Numbered from the stretch's first letter, positions 17,222-26,405 are shown. The stretch is 64,000 nucleotides of DNA from Gemmatimonadales bacterium (GCA_036522815.1 DATDFC010000118.1:1306-65305); one strand, 5' to 3'. A program made the numbers and translations. Notes: generated from the sequence alone by a model not told the origin.

Positions 17222-17352
17222 CAAGCGCTTGAAGCTGGCGGGCGCTCTTGTGGGAAGAATTGCGTTCCCTCGCTGGCCCGCCTTTTGTCTGCCGTTCCGC
17301 CGCCTTGCGCCCGCGGGCACAGCGCCCGCAGCTTAAGCGCGATCCGTTAGGC
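17216..17352 (+). repeat. attC site 5 (class C, 137 bp)
   Basis: GCCTAAC 17216 ... GTTAGGC ending 17352; core gtgggaagaattgcgttccc. Confidence 0.9.
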
Positions 17353-17373
17353 AACCCCGCAACCCGGTTTCCC

Positions 17374-17946
17374 ATGCTACCTGTTGACCCATCGGTTGGG
17401 CGCGCCCGCTACAACGAAGATGGGTACTGCCTTCGGATCTCGTGGCCGCCCCAGCGTTCCCTGTTCGGGGGGTTGTTCATAACAGCTTGGCTCGGCGGAT
17501 GGTTCTTCGGTGAGAAATCCGCCATCCATGAGCTCACGAAGGGCCCGGCCCAGAATGATCGTGGTTTCTTGACCTTCTGGCTCGTCGCTTGGACGATTGG
17601 TGGCGCAGCTGCAGCCCTTTCTCTGATCTGGATGATGTTCGGGCGGGAAATAGTATCTGTCGGGCCAGACGGGCTTACCCTTCGGCGACAGATCTTCGGC
17701 CTCGGGATTACTCGTACGTACGATCCTCAGCACGTAACCCGCTTGCGGGTCGAACCAAGGCCGACCGATGCATTCGCGCTGCGGACGCGGGGCCTCGGCT
17801 GGGGCATCGGAGATGGCTCAGTGGCTTTCGACTATGGGGCCAAGACAGTCCGATGTGGAGGCGCTCTTGATGAAGCTGAGGCGCGGATCGTCGTCGCGCG
17901 GCTCATTCAGCGCGACCGCCGGTTGTCCACAGAGGGGGCTGCCTAA
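17374..17946 (+). CDS. cassette ORF: hypothetical membrane protein (190 aa)
   Basis: ATG 22 nt after attC5 (track start 17248 is inside attC); two TM-like segments; stop TAA inside R'' of attC6. Confidence 0.55.
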   Translation: MLPVDPSVGRARYNEDGYCLRISWPPQRSLFGGLFITAWLGGWFFGEKSAIHELTKGPAQNDRGFLTFWLVAWTIGGAAAALSLIWMMFGREIVSVGPDGLTLRRQIFGLGITRTYDPQHVTRLRVEPRPTDAFALRTRGLGWGIGDGSVAFDYGAKTVRCGGALDEAEARIVVARLIQRDRRLSTEGAA

Positions 17947-18081
17947 CATGCGCTTGAAGCTGGCGGGCGATGATCGCTTTAAGGGAAGCAGAGTGTTGTG
18001 CGCTGGCGCGCACGAACTATCGTTCAACGACACAGCGCCCTGCGGGCGAGTCGCCCGCAGCTTAAGCGCGATCCGTTAGGC
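17941..18081 (+). repeat. attC site 6 (class A, 141 bp)
   Basis: GCCTAAC 17941 ... GTTAGGC ending 18081. Confidence 0.9.
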
Positions 18082-18088
18082 GGCGCTA

Positions 18089-19165
18089 ATGCGTCAGCTA
18101 GTCGTCTGGGTCGTCATCGTTCTCACGCTTGCAAAATGTTCGGACGGGCCCACTGCGCCGCCGGGGCCATTTCGACTTACCATCCTGACCGCCACCGGCT
18201 CGTCCAGTCCCGTCTACAACGGCATCACATACCAGAGCTACGCATACGACATCAACGCGACCGGCCAAATCGTTGGGAAGGCAGAAACCCCTGAGCCAGG
18301 CGACGCCTTCTATCCCGCGTTGTGGCCGACGGGCGGAGGAGGAGCGGCGATCCGGTTGGAGTCAAACGGGAACGGCTTCGACATGGCCTTTGGCATCAAT
18401 GGACAAGGCCAGGCGGTCGGCCAGGGATCCTGTGGCGGCCTTGGTATGGCGTGCTTCTGGGACGGGCATCAGGTCACGAACCTGGGCTGGCTGGACTACG
18501 CCGTTTATGATGGCCATGGCCAACCACTCGCGATCAACGACAGCGGCGTCGCGGTCGGGTGGGCGGACGCCGCACCGGACGGCTTTGACCACGCCGTCAT
18601 GTGGCGCAATGGCGTCGCAAGCGACCTCGGCACCCTAGGAGGTCTCCAGAGTGAGGCGCTGAACATCAACAATCACGGTCTCATTGTGGGATGGTCCCGC
18701 ATCCGGCGGCCCGATTCTTCACTCGCGTTGGATCGGCATGCCTTTGTCTGGCAGAATGGCTCGATGACGGATCTCGATCCCGGGCAGGACGAGGAAACCA
18801 TCGCGTACGCGATCAATGACAGTGGCGTGATCGCAGGCCGTCTGGGCGGCACGGCAGGCAGAGCAGTCATCTGGCAAAACGGAAAGATGAGTTTCCTGCC
18901 TGGTGCCGAGCCCAGCCAGGCGTTTGGCATCAATAACGGGGGTGAAGTCGTCGGGACGTACATTCCGAGTGGAACGACATTCCATGCGGCTCTGTGGCGG
19001 GATGGCGTGCGCTACGATCTGAACGACGTCGTGGGGGACCCTCGGTTGGGTCTCCATTGGGCGAACGCGATCAACGACGCTGGACAGATCGTCGGTTTCG
19101 GCGTGTGGAAAAGTGACCCGACCCGCGAGGTCGCCTTCTTGCTGACGCCGACTGGTACCCACTGA
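18089..19165 (+). CDS. cassette ORF: secreted HAF-type repeat protein (358 aa)
   Basis: Signal/lipobox VVIVLTLAKC; repeated INDSGVAVGW / INNHGLIVGW / INDSGVIAGR / INNGGEVVGT / INDAGQIVGF. Confidence 0.7.
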   Translation: MRQLVVWVVIVLTLAKCSDGPTAPPGPFRLTILTATGSSSPVYNGITYQSYAYDINATGQIVGKAETPEPGDAFYPALWPTGGGGAAIRLESNGNGFDMAFGINGQGQAVGQGSCGGLGMACFWDGHQVTNLGWLDYAVYDGHGQPLAINDSGVAVGWADAAPDGFDHAVMWRNGVASDLGTLGGLQSEALNINNHGLIVGWSRIRRPDSSLALDRHAFVWQNGSMTDLDPGQDEETIAYAINDSGVIAGRLGGTAGRAVIWQNGKMSFLPGAEPSQAFGINNGGEVVGTYIPSGTTFHAALWRDGVRYDLNDVVGDPRLGLHWANAINDAGQIVGFGVWKSDPTREVAFLLTPTGTH

Positions 19166-19192
19166 AGGGCGCATCCATCACAATTGGGCGCC

Positions 19193-19282
19193 GCCTAACA
19201 CGCGCTTGAAGCTGACGGCGCGCGTAGATTAAGGAATGAATCTTTCTTCAGCGCGCCGCAGCTTAAGCGCATTCCGTTAGGC
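19193..19282 (+). repeat. attC site 7 (class E, 90 bp)
   Basis: GCCTAAC 19193 ... GTTAGGC ending 19282; core gcgcgtagattaaggaatgaatc. Confidence 0.9.
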
Positions 19283-19423
19283 GGCATCCACGTCCCGCTG
19301 ATCGCCGCGCAGCAACATGGGAGCACTGGCACCTGCCCATGTTCCCTAAGCATGCTTAATCAACATGGTGGCGGCGCACGCATCAGATTCGATAGACAAA
19401 CGTATTCACGGAGGGCCCTAATA

Positions 19424-19672
19424 ATGACACGCTGGCTCATTGGGCTCGGCGCTGGTCTGTTCGTGTTGGGGGCGATGGGAATGCGGACGAGGCCAGAGAG
19501 AGGTACTTGGGAATACCTTGTCTGGGATCGCACCGACAAGTCCGGGATCGACACCAAGAAGTTTCCCGTTCAACTGGACTCTCTCGGGTCGCAAGGTTGG
19601 GAGCTCGTGCAAATAGCCATCTGGCCGATGCAGGGCGGCGGAATCGTGATTCTGAAACGGAGAGCCCAATAG
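19424..19672 (+). CDS. cassette ORF: small TM + DUF4177-like protein
   Basis: ATG 19424 preferred over 19352; MTRWLIGLGAGLFVLGAMG helix, then WEYLVW...LDSLGSQGWELVQI. Confidence 0.5.
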   Translation: MTRWLIGLGAGLFVLGAMGMRTRPERGTWEYLVWDRTDKSGIDTKKFPVQLDSLGSQGWELVQIAIWPMQGGGIVILKRRAQ

Positions 19673-19727
19673 CAACCACGGCAGGGCCCTTCTCGCCATT
19701 CATTCAATTGCGGCCGCCACGGATGCC

Positions 19728-19868
19728 GCCTAACAAGCGCTTGAAGCTGGCGGGCGCTCACAAGTAGGGAGGAATTGCGTTCCCTCGCCGGCCACCCTTC
19801 TTGTCTGCGGCTCCACCGCCTTGCGCCTGCGGGCCTTGCGCCCGCAGCTTAAGCGTGATCCGTTAGGC
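19728..19868 (+). repeat. attC site 8 (class C, 141 bp)
   Basis: GCCTAAC 19728 ... GTTAGGC ending 19868. Confidence 0.9.
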
Positions 19869-19887
19869 GGCGACCCGGCTTCGACCC

Positions 19888-20124
19888 ATGAACCTCGACG
19901 ACCTTCCGGCACACGTTAACCAGTCGGTACGCCTGACATTCGAGGACGGAGAGATCGTTGATGCATTGTTGCTGGGGGTGGACCTGAATCGCGATCGTGA
20001 CTTGACTTATGAAGTCCGCCGCATCGTGCGTGCTGCGTCTCCTCCGACTCGTGGCACGGCGATCGGGGCGACCGTGATCGCTCAAGTTCATGACCTCTCA
20101 TCGTGCGTGCCGGTCATCGAATGA
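19888..20124 (+). CDS. cassette ORF: hypothetical protein (78 aa)
   Basis: ATG 20 nt after attC8, stop 7 nt before attC9; no motif recognised. Confidence 0.45.
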   Translation: MNLDDLPAHVNQSVRLTFEDGEIVDALLLGVDLNRDRDLTYEVRRIVRAASPPTRGTAIGATVIAQVHDLSSCVPVIE

Positions 20125-20130
20125 GCCGCT

Positions 20131-20232
20131 GCCTAACAAGCGCTTGAAGCTGGCAGCGCCTGCTGTCAAAGGAAGCGTTATGTTTGTGATCATTCGAGTT
20201 GCGCGCCGCAGCTTAAGCGCGGTCCGTTAGGC
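20131..20232 (+). repeat. attC site 9 (class D, 102 bp)
   Basis: GCCTAAC 20131 ... GTTAGGC ending 20232. Confidence 0.9.
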
Positions 20233-20401
20233 AGCGCGGACGTGGACCTTGCCATAAACACGACCTTCTACCATCTCGTTGGGCAGAGGTATGCATCGTT
20301 GCGCGTCCGCGACACCGCGACCGGCACGACCGGGATTGCCTCTTTGCACAAACCTCTCATAGGTTGAAACGATAGTTTGCTCCCCCGTGCCAGGAGGATT
20401 C

Positions 20402-20980
20402 ATGCGCTCGGCTTCCCTGTTGCTCGTCGCGACCAGTCTCGCGTCTTCGTCGCTCCTCGCGCAACAACCGCCGAAACTCGCTCCCTTTGCTCTCGCTGTC
20501 GGTCCGGCCTGGAGTGCCCAGCTCACCGGCCTGCATTTCCGCGCGGAGTACTATCTCATCCGCGACCGCTGGTTCGGCCTTCAGGTGGATGCGGGCGGTT
20601 TGTGGACTCCAACGCAGACCCGTTCCGTTCCCTCCATCCTCTATGGGGATGGCGGACGCTATGAGGGCGTGGCCCAAGCCGCCGATCTCCATTTCGGGTT
20701 CGCCGCCATCCTTACCCCATGGCCCCGCGCGCGCATCTCACCGTACCTCGTCACCGGCGTGGCAGCGGTGCAATCATGGAGCACCGGCCAGGGCGACTAC
20801 CGCAATGCCGACGGTTCCTTAGCCCAGCCCGTCCCGCGACACTCCTTTACGCGCGGCGACTTCGTTGCCGTTACTGGCTTCGGACTTCGCGGACGTGTCG
20901 GCAGTCATCCGATTCAGCTTGAGCTCCGTCGCTACGGAGGCACGAACGCCTTCACGCTCGGTACCGCCCTCCGCTTCTAG
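20402..20980 (+). CDS. cassette ORF: putative outer-membrane beta-barrel protein
   Basis: ATG 20402 with AGGAGG upstream; signal peptide LLLVATSLASSSLLAQQ; alternating strand pattern; C-terminal ...GTALRF (terminal Phe). Confidence 0.6.
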   Translation: MRSASLLLVATSLASSSLLAQQPPKLAPFALAVGPAWSAQLTGLHFRAEYYLIRDRWFGLQVDAGGLWTPTQTRSVPSILYGDGGRYEGVAQAADLHFGFAAILTPWPRARISPYLVTGVAAVQSWSTGQGDYRNADGSLAQPVPRHSFTRGDFVAVTGFGLRGRVGSHPIQLELRRYGGTNAFTLGTALRF

Positions 20981-20990
20981 CGGCCGCGCT

Positions 20991-21132
20991 GCCTAACAAG
21001 CGCTTGAAGCTGGCGGGCGGTGATCGCCTTAAGGGAAGCGGAGTGTTTGCGCCCTGGCGGACCGCGGACTGTCGTCCAACGACCTTGCGCCAGCGGGCGA
21101 GTCGCCCGCAGCTTAAGCGCGATCCGTTAGGC
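20991..21132 (+). repeat. attC site 10 (class A, 142 bp)
   Basis: GCCTAAC 20991 ... GTTAGGC ending 21132. Confidence 0.9.
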
Positions 21133-21147
21133 AGATACTGCCGGAGG

Positions 21148-21435
21148 ATGCAGTCCATGACTGAACACGACACCGTAGCCTGGCGCTGCCGTCTGCTGGC
21201 GGCGGCGGCTTGGATCGTTACGGCGGGGTGGTTCTACTTCGTTCTAGTCCTAGCTTGGGGCGGTATGCTCCCTTCCCTTGTCTTATGGGTTCCCATCGCG
21301 TTTCTGCTGGCCCGGCAAACGCGTCGCTGGCTCACGGGAGCTGACCGTCGTGGAACGGGGACCGGTCTGCTCATTGTCGCCCCGCTGGCGGTGCTCGCGG
21401 TCGCCATTGTGTTTCCCGTACAGTCATCGGATTGA
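21148..21435 (+). CDS. cassette ORF: small membrane protein (95 aa)
   Basis: ATG with GGAGG RBS 16 nt after attC10; three TM-like segments. Confidence 0.5.
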   Translation: MQSMTEHDTVAWRCRLLAAAAWIVTAGWFYFVLVLAWGGMLPSLVLWVPIAFLLARQTRRWLTGADRRGTGTGLLIVAPLAVLAVAIVFPVQSSD

Positions 21436-21549
21436 CGGCAGCGCCTTGCCTGGATACTGTTGTACGCGACGGTGGGAATCTCAGGGCTCGGAGTTGCAGT
21501 AAGTCTCTTGGGTGGATTCGGACGAGCGAGTTCAAATCGAGCACCATCT

Positions 21550-21690
21550 GCCTAACATGCGCTTGCAGCTGGCGGGCGCGATCGTTTTAATGGAGACTGT
21601 TGGGTCGTGCCCTGGCGGGCACGAGGTTTCGTCCACTGTTGACTGCGCAGGCGCGCCAGTCGCCCGCAGCTGAAGCGCGATCCGTTAGGC
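21550..21690 (+). repeat. attC site 11 (class A variant, 141 bp)
   Basis: GCCTAAC 21550 ... GTTAGGC ending 21690; paired arm variant GCGCTTgCAGCTG / CAGCTGAAGCGC. Confidence 0.9.
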
Positions 21691-21771
21691 CGACGGGCGC
21701 AGAAAAAGACGAGCGCGCGGAAAGTACGCATCGGCGTCCATTCACAACTCAATCGGCAAGCCTTACACAGA

Positions 21772-22446
21772 ATGAAGCGTGTATCACTGGTCGGTACTGT
21801 GCACGCGGAGGCCGGCTTCGCCAGTGTCTATGAGTTGTTGGCTATCCTGGAGCGGATCAAACCAGAAGTAATCTTTCTGGAGATTCCTTCTGCGGCTTTC
21901 GACGACTATTTCACCGGAACCCGCGGGGGCCTTGAATCCTCCGCGGTTCGGCGATATCGCGAGATTCATAACGTTGACTTGGTTCCAGTGGACCTACCTA
22001 CACCAGAGCCCGACTTTTTCAAGAATAGTCAGGATCTGCACGAGCGAATCGAGAAAAGAAGTCCTGAGTACTGTCGATTGATGGATTGCCACAGCCAAAA
22101 CGTGCGTGCGTATGGATTTGCCTATCTGAATAGCGAACACTGCAGCACACATTGGTCCAAACTTCGTGAAGCGATGCTAACTGCAATCGAAGAGGTCGCC
22201 GATCGCGGGCTCGCTGAGCTCTACGAATTATGGGTTGCAACGAATGAGCACCGTGACAAGGAAATGATGAAGAGAATAGGCGAATATTGCAGGAAGACCT
22301 CGTTTAGCAAAGGTGCTTTTCTGGTGGGTGCTGCACACAGGCAATCAATAATCGACAAAGCACGAGGGCAACGCGGTGCTGTGTCTGCCACAATCCAGTG
22401 GGATTTAGCCGGATTCTTAACGACGAACCTTGACACGGTAAGATGA
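21772..22446 (+). CDS. cassette ORF: TraB/GumN-like protein (224 aa)
   Basis: N-terminal LVGTVHAE ... EVIFLEIP and C-terminal FLVGAAHRQS resemble the bipartite TraB/GumN signature; visibly AT-richer than neighbours. Confidence 0.5.
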   Translation: MKRVSLVGTVHAEAGFASVYELLAILERIKPEVIFLEIPSAAFDDYFTGTRGGLESSAVRRYREIHNVDLVPVDLPTPEPDFFKNSQDLHERIEKRSPEYCRLMDCHSQNVRAYGFAYLNSEHCSTHWSKLREAMLTAIEEVADRGLAELYELWVATNEHRDKEMMKRIGEYCRKTSFSKGAFLVGAAHRQSIIDKARGQRGAVSATIQWDLAGFLTTNLDTVR

Positions 22447-22506
22447 GCGAGCGGCAGCGGCATAACGAGCAGTTGCTGCTGACGGCGCGACACCGATAGG
22501 CCGCAG

Positions 22507-23076
22507 GTGAACGCTCCGCAGAAGTCTCAGGGCTACGCGCTATTTTGGAAAGGGAAATATTGGGGTTCCCTCACCACGGGACAGCTCCGCCCTGACGGAA
22601 CGCATGACTTGTACCTGGGCGTCGCCGGGCATGACACTCACGAACACGTTTGGGTCAAGGTCACGCCCGAAGGTCTGGGCGCAATTGGTTCTCGGCTCAA
22701 GGACCGGGGCAAGCACATCGGCGGTGGCTCGAGTCCGTCCTTCACGACCCAGGCAGTTGCTCGGGTGAACCTTCGAGCGGATCAAGCGGGGAATGTCGTC
22801 ACCGCCCTCGCTGACGTCTTTTCAGGCAGCGTAATCTCCGCCGCTCCGCTGGCCACCACTCGCGACAGCAGCAAGCGTCAGCCGGTCAGAATCAATCTCA
22901 CGGTGCCAGACGCGGCTCGCAGCGTCGACTGTGAGTTTGCAGTAGTTCAGCGTGCCTCAGTTGGCGAGTCTTCCAACTCAACATCTGGCCCGGTCTTCCT
23001 ACCGTTCAGTGATCCAAGTCCACTCGGAATGACCGTTCAAGTGAGGAAATGGAGTACCAGTGAGCCCGCGGCCTAA
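22507..23076 (+). CDS. cassette ORF: hypothetical protein (189 aa), second gene of the same cassette
   Basis: GTG 60 nt after the previous stop, no attC between; stop TAA inside R'' of attC12; no motif recognised. Confidence 0.5.
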   Translation: MNAPQKSQGYALFWKGKYWGSLTTGQLRPDGTHDLYLGVAGHDTHEHVWVKVTPEGLGAIGSRLKDRGKHIGGGSSPSFTTQAVARVNLRADQAGNVVTALADVFSGSVISAAPLATTRDSSKRQPVRINLTVPDAARSVDCEFAVVQRASVGESSNSTSGPVFLPFSDPSPLGMTVQVRKWSTSEPAA

Positions 23077-23212
23077 CAAGCGCTTGAAGCTGCCGGGCGG
23101 TGATCGCCTAAAGGGAAGCGGAGTGTTGTAGCGCTGGCGCGCACGAACTATCGTTCAACGGCACGGCGCGCGGCGGGCAAGTCGCCCGCAGCTTAAGCGC
23201 GATCCGTTAGGC
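23071..23212 (+). repeat. attC site 12 (class A, 142 bp)
   Basis: GCCTAAC 23071 ... GTTAGGC ending 23212. Confidence 0.9.
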
Positions 23213-23227
23213 CGCGGTTGTCCTACG

Positions 23228-23767
23228 ATGAAGACCATAGAAGACATTCGTAACGAACTCGCAGCTATCGCCGCCGAGCTGCGTGCCGAGGACGCAGGTG
23301 CTGCAAATGACCTCGATCAGCTCAATAACACGTTCTATACCACTACCACCGAATACCTGGTCGAGATGATGGGTCTGATTCAACGCTTGCAGGGGCGGGG
23401 AGGTTCTCCGGCGCGGTTCGGCGGGTTAGGACGGTTCGGTGGTGCAGGGGGCGAGTCCCCGCTGGGCGTCAGGATTGGCCTCGAGCGATCACCGGTGGGC
23501 GCCCGGCGTGCCTCCAGCAGTGCAGGGATCGGCCTTGGGCGTTGCGCTCCGGTTTCCGACCGGGTGATGGTCAGCGCCCTCTCATGGCCCTGCCGCAGGG
23601 TGAGTCCCGTGGCGGTGAGCGTGGGCGAGCATCGGCCTAACAAGCGCTTGAAGCTGCCGGGCGCTCAAGTGGGAAGAATTGCGTTCACCCGCCTGCAAGC
23701 TTCATCGGCGGTTCACCTGCCTTGCGCCGGCGACCATTGCGCCCGCAGCTTAAGCGCTGTCCGTTAG
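23228..23767 (+). CDS. hypothetical small protein whose ORF has no stop before attC13 and reads through it
   Basis: First ~55 codons look protein-like (MKTIEDIRNELAAIAAELRAED...EYLVEMMGLI); the rest is Gly/Arg-rich and ends in attC-encoded PNKRLKLPG; true 3' end uncertain. Confidence 0.3.
   Translation: MKTIEDIRNELAAIAAELRAEDAGAANDLDQLNNTFYTTTTEYLVEMMGLIQRLQGRGGSPARFGGLGRFGGAGGESPLGVRIGLERSPVGARRASSSAGIGLGRCAPVSDRVMVSALSWPCRRVSPVAVSVGEHRPNKRLKLPGAQVGRIAFTRLQASSAVHLPCAGDHCARSLSAVR
23379..23431 (+). repeat. possible collapsed attC relic
   Basis: ttcaacgcttgcaggggcgg...ggcgggttagga resembles gcctaacgagcgcttgcagctggcgg-gttaggc of site 41329-41361; weak. Confidence 0.3.
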
Positions 23768-23769
23768 GC
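23635..23769 (+). repeat. attC site 13 (class C, 135 bp)
   Basis: GCCTAAC 23635 ... GTTAGGC ending 23769. Confidence 0.9.
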
Positions 23770-23792
23770 TGCAGCCAGGTTTACACGAAACG

Positions 23793-24290
23793 ATGCGCAT
23801 GATTTCAGCCTCGTGCGGCTTGGTAGTTCTCGCCTGCACGCTAACGGCCTCTGCCTCCGCTCAGACGCGCGCTGCAGTTGACGCTGCGGATCCATTGCGA
23901 CGCTGTGCCATTGCGCGCGACTCCGCCGAGCCCGCCGATCAATTTGCGGTCCGCTGCGCCGAGCGTTTCGTGGTCGAGCAGGGCTACACTGAGCTGTCTG
24001 GCCTCACCGACACAACTCTCATTGTTCCTGAGGGCATCGAGTGGAGTTCGTCAAAGGCGGGATGGCGCTCTCAACGTCATGGTTCCCTCGAGCCCCGGGC
24101 TGTAGGCGTCTGCACGGACCACAAGGACTATCCGTATACCGTCGTCTTCCACTATAGGAAGGCGCGCGGGGCACGGGGTGTAACCTTGGATACGGCCTTC
24201 GGCTCCCTTCGCATGCAACATCGGGACTTCCGTCTTGACGCGGTGGCGAAACGACTCTACGGGTGCCGACCCGTCACAAATAGGCAATAG
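23793..24290 (+). CDS. cassette ORF: hypothetical secreted protein (165 aa)
   Basis: Signal peptide MRMISASCGLVVLACTLTASASAQ; ATG 24 nt after attC13. Confidence 0.55.
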   Translation: MRMISASCGLVVLACTLTASASAQTRAAVDAADPLRRCAIARDSAEPADQFAVRCAERFVVEQGYTELSGLTDTTLIVPEGIEWSSSKAGWRSQRHGSLEPRAVGVCTDHKDYPYTVVFHYRKARGARGVTLDTAFGSLRMQHRDFRLDAVAKRLYGCRPVTNRQ

Positions 24291-24309
24291 CACGGTGCGA
24301 CTTGCTGGA

Positions 24310-24450
24310 GCCTAACATGCGCTTGAAGCTGGCGGGCGCTGATGGCTTTAATGGAAGCGGAGTGTTTGCGCCCTGGCGGCCGCAGACGTTCGCCCACTAC
24401 TCTTGCGCCGGCGAGCGGGTCGCCCGCAGCTTAAGCGCGATCCGTTAGGC
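24310..24450 (+). repeat. attC site 14 (class A, 141 bp)
   Basis: GCCTAAC 24310 ... GTTAGGC ending 24450. Confidence 0.9.
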
Positions 24451-24463
24451 GGCTCGGCTAAGC

Positions 24464-24934
24464 ATGCGCCCACTCGCGATAGCTGTATCACTACTCGTCG
24501 CTGGGTGCGACCCCGGTTGGACGTATCATGTGGCAACCGATCGAATGCCCCCCGTTCCGACAGCCCCTACGCCGGCCGACTCGGCGCCTTTGTCCCTAGA
24601 ACTTCTGGAGGCGCGACTCTTCTCACTCGGACTGCACGTCCGGGTGGCGATCCTGAACGCATCGACGCACGGTCTCACCCTAGACTCTGCCTCGCTGGGA
24701 GTACTTGATCGCGATAGCAGGCCCCTCCCGCTCGCTCTCGTTGGCGGCTGTGCCATCGGATATCCGAAGGCCCACCTGTCGACGTGCAGTCCCTGGGGCG
24801 ATTTCTCGGTCCACCCGACGACCCGATTCTTTCGCCCTAACCCAACTCTTCAGGAACTCACGGTTCGAGTGGAGGCTACGACACAGGTGGGCAAACACCT
24901 CACGCTAACGCTTCCTCTAACCTGGGATAGATGA
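24464..24934 (+). CDS. cassette ORF: hypothetical lipoprotein (156 aa)
   Basis: Lipobox MRPLAIAVSLLVAGC; ATG 14 nt after attC14. Confidence 0.55.
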   Translation: MRPLAIAVSLLVAGCDPGWTYHVATDRMPPVPTAPTPADSAPLSLELLEARLFSLGLHVRVAILNASTHGLTLDSASLGVLDRDSRPLPLALVGGCAIGYPKAHLSTCSPWGDFSVHPTTRFFRPNPTLQELTVRVEATTQVGKHLTLTLPLTWDR

Positions 24935-24955
24935 TCGAAATGCCGAAGCCGAGCC

Positions 24956-25093
24956 GCCTAACATACGCTTGAAGGTGTCGGGCCTGCTCTTAAAGGAATC
25001 GGCCGTTGCCTCGCCGGGCTCGCCTCCGCGCGGGCGGCCGGTCCCTTGCGCCCGCGAGCACGCCGCCCGCAGCTTAAGCGCGATCCGTTAGGC
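24956..25093 (+). repeat. attC site 15 (class B, 138 bp)
   Basis: GCCTAAC 24956 ... GTTAGGC ending 25093. Confidence 0.9.
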
Positions 25094-25242
25094 AGAACGC
25101 GCGGGCACTATGTCACCTTTCGGTACGCCTGAAACGAATCCAGTCGTGCGAGGACCCCACCTCTTTCTCCGGCGCCCCCGACAACGGGCCAAGTGCGCCC
25201 GGCCGGCCGCGGGGCTGAGTATGCCACGCAAGGACGTGACAG

Positions 25243-26160
25243 ATGAAGGCGATAGTGGTGACGGACCAGGCTGCGGGAACGGCCAGGATGAAGCTGGTGG
25301 AGCGGCCCGAGCCGCAGCCATCGATCAGCGACGTTGTCGTTCAGGTTTATGCCTCGGGATTCGTTAACACTGAGCTGGGTTGGCCTTCGACCTGGACCGA
25401 TCGCCTCGACCGTGACCGAACGCCCTCGATCCCCGGGCACGAGCTGGCCGGAGTGGTCACCGCCCTTGGTTATGGCACCACGGGGCTCTCGGTCGGACAG
25501 CGGGTGTTCGGCCTCACGGACTGGTATCGCGACGGCACCCTGGCCGAGTACGCGGCCGTCGAAGCACGCAACCTCGCGCCGCTGCCGGGCGACGTCGACT
25601 TCACGGTGGGCGCGAGCCTGCCGATCTCGGGCCTCACTGCGTGGCAGGGACTGTTCGAGCACGGCCGCCTTCGGGCAGGGCAGAGCGTCATCGCGCACGG
25701 CGCGGCCGGCGCAGTCGGGTCAATGGTGACGCAACTCGCACGCTTGGCGGGCGCGTACGTCATCGGCACCGGACGCGCCGCCGATCGTCAGAAGGCGCTC
25801 GACTTCGGCGCGAACGAATTCATCGACCTCGACACCGAGGTCCTGGAAGACGTCGGCGGAGTCGATCTCGTGTTCGATCTCATTGGCGGCGACATCGGGA
25901 AGCGGTCCGCGCGCCTGGTTCGAGCCGGAGGAACGCTCGTGTCCATCGTCGGACCGGTCGAGGCGCGGCCCGCCGACGGCTTGGCGGTCGACTTCGTCGT
26001 CGAATCCGATCGCCCCCAACTGAGCGAGATCGTTCAGCGAGTGCGGGACGGACGGCTGCGCACGAACATCGGCACCGTCTCCGCCCTCGACGATGCCGTC
26101 GCTGCCTTCAACTCGACCGAACGACGCCCGGGGAAGACGATCATCCGCGTTCATCTGTGA
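25243..26160 (+). CDS. cassette ORF: MDR-family NAD(P)H:quinone oxidoreductase / Zn-type alcohol dehydrogenase-like
   Basis: MKAIVV..., IPGHELAGVV, GQSVIAHGAAGAVGSMVTQLARLAGAYVIGTGR (Rossmann fold), 305 aa. Confidence 0.85.
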   Translation: MKAIVVTDQAAGTARMKLVERPEPQPSISDVVVQVYASGFVNTELGWPSTWTDRLDRDRTPSIPGHELAGVVTALGYGTTGLSVGQRVFGLTDWYRDGTLAEYAAVEARNLAPLPGDVDFTVGASLPISGLTAWQGLFEHGRLRAGQSVIAHGAAGAVGSMVTQLARLAGAYVIGTGRAADRQKALDFGANEFIDLDTEVLEDVGGVDLVFDLIGGDIGKRSARLVRAGGTLVSIVGPVEARPADGLAVDFVVESDRPQLSEIVQRVRDGRLRTNIGTVSALDDAVAAFNSTERRPGKTIIRVHL

Positions 26161-26194
26161 GGATACAGGGAAGGCTCGGTATCGTCGCGCGTCT

Positions 26195-26293
26195 GCGTAA
26201 CAAGCGGCTGGAGCTGACGCCGCCCGTCGTATGTAGAATTGCTTTTGTGAACAACACAGCACGGCGGCGCAGCTCAGCCGCTTCTCGTTAGAC
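26195..26293 (+). repeat. attC site 16 (class D variant, 99 bp; boxes GCGTAAC / GTTAGAC)
   Basis: Arms AAGCGGCTgGAGCTG ... CAGCTCAGCCGCTT differ from consensus by reciprocal (compensatory) changes. Confidence 0.8.
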
Positions 26294-26405
26294 GGCCCCC
26301 ACGCCCTTCGTTCGCCACGCCGTTTTCATCGTTTCGTAATCTGTGCCATACGTGCGGTCCATCGCGGCTTTCTAGCATTGGTGAAGCACGTCACACGAGG
26401 ATCCA

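Noticed and set aside
20233-20401. Internal promoter in the 170-nt leader of the beta-barrel cassette
   Set aside because: TTGCAC and TTGAAA hexamers are present, but no acceptable -10 lies at 16-18 nt spacing. The case is too weak to annotate.
22460-22501. Possible short attC between the two ORFs of the AT-richer cassette (gcataac...gataggc)
   Set aside because: The boxes deviate (GCATAAC, GATAGGC) and neither conserved arm is present. Only a small gcag/ctgc hairpin is there. The two ORFs were treated as one cassette.
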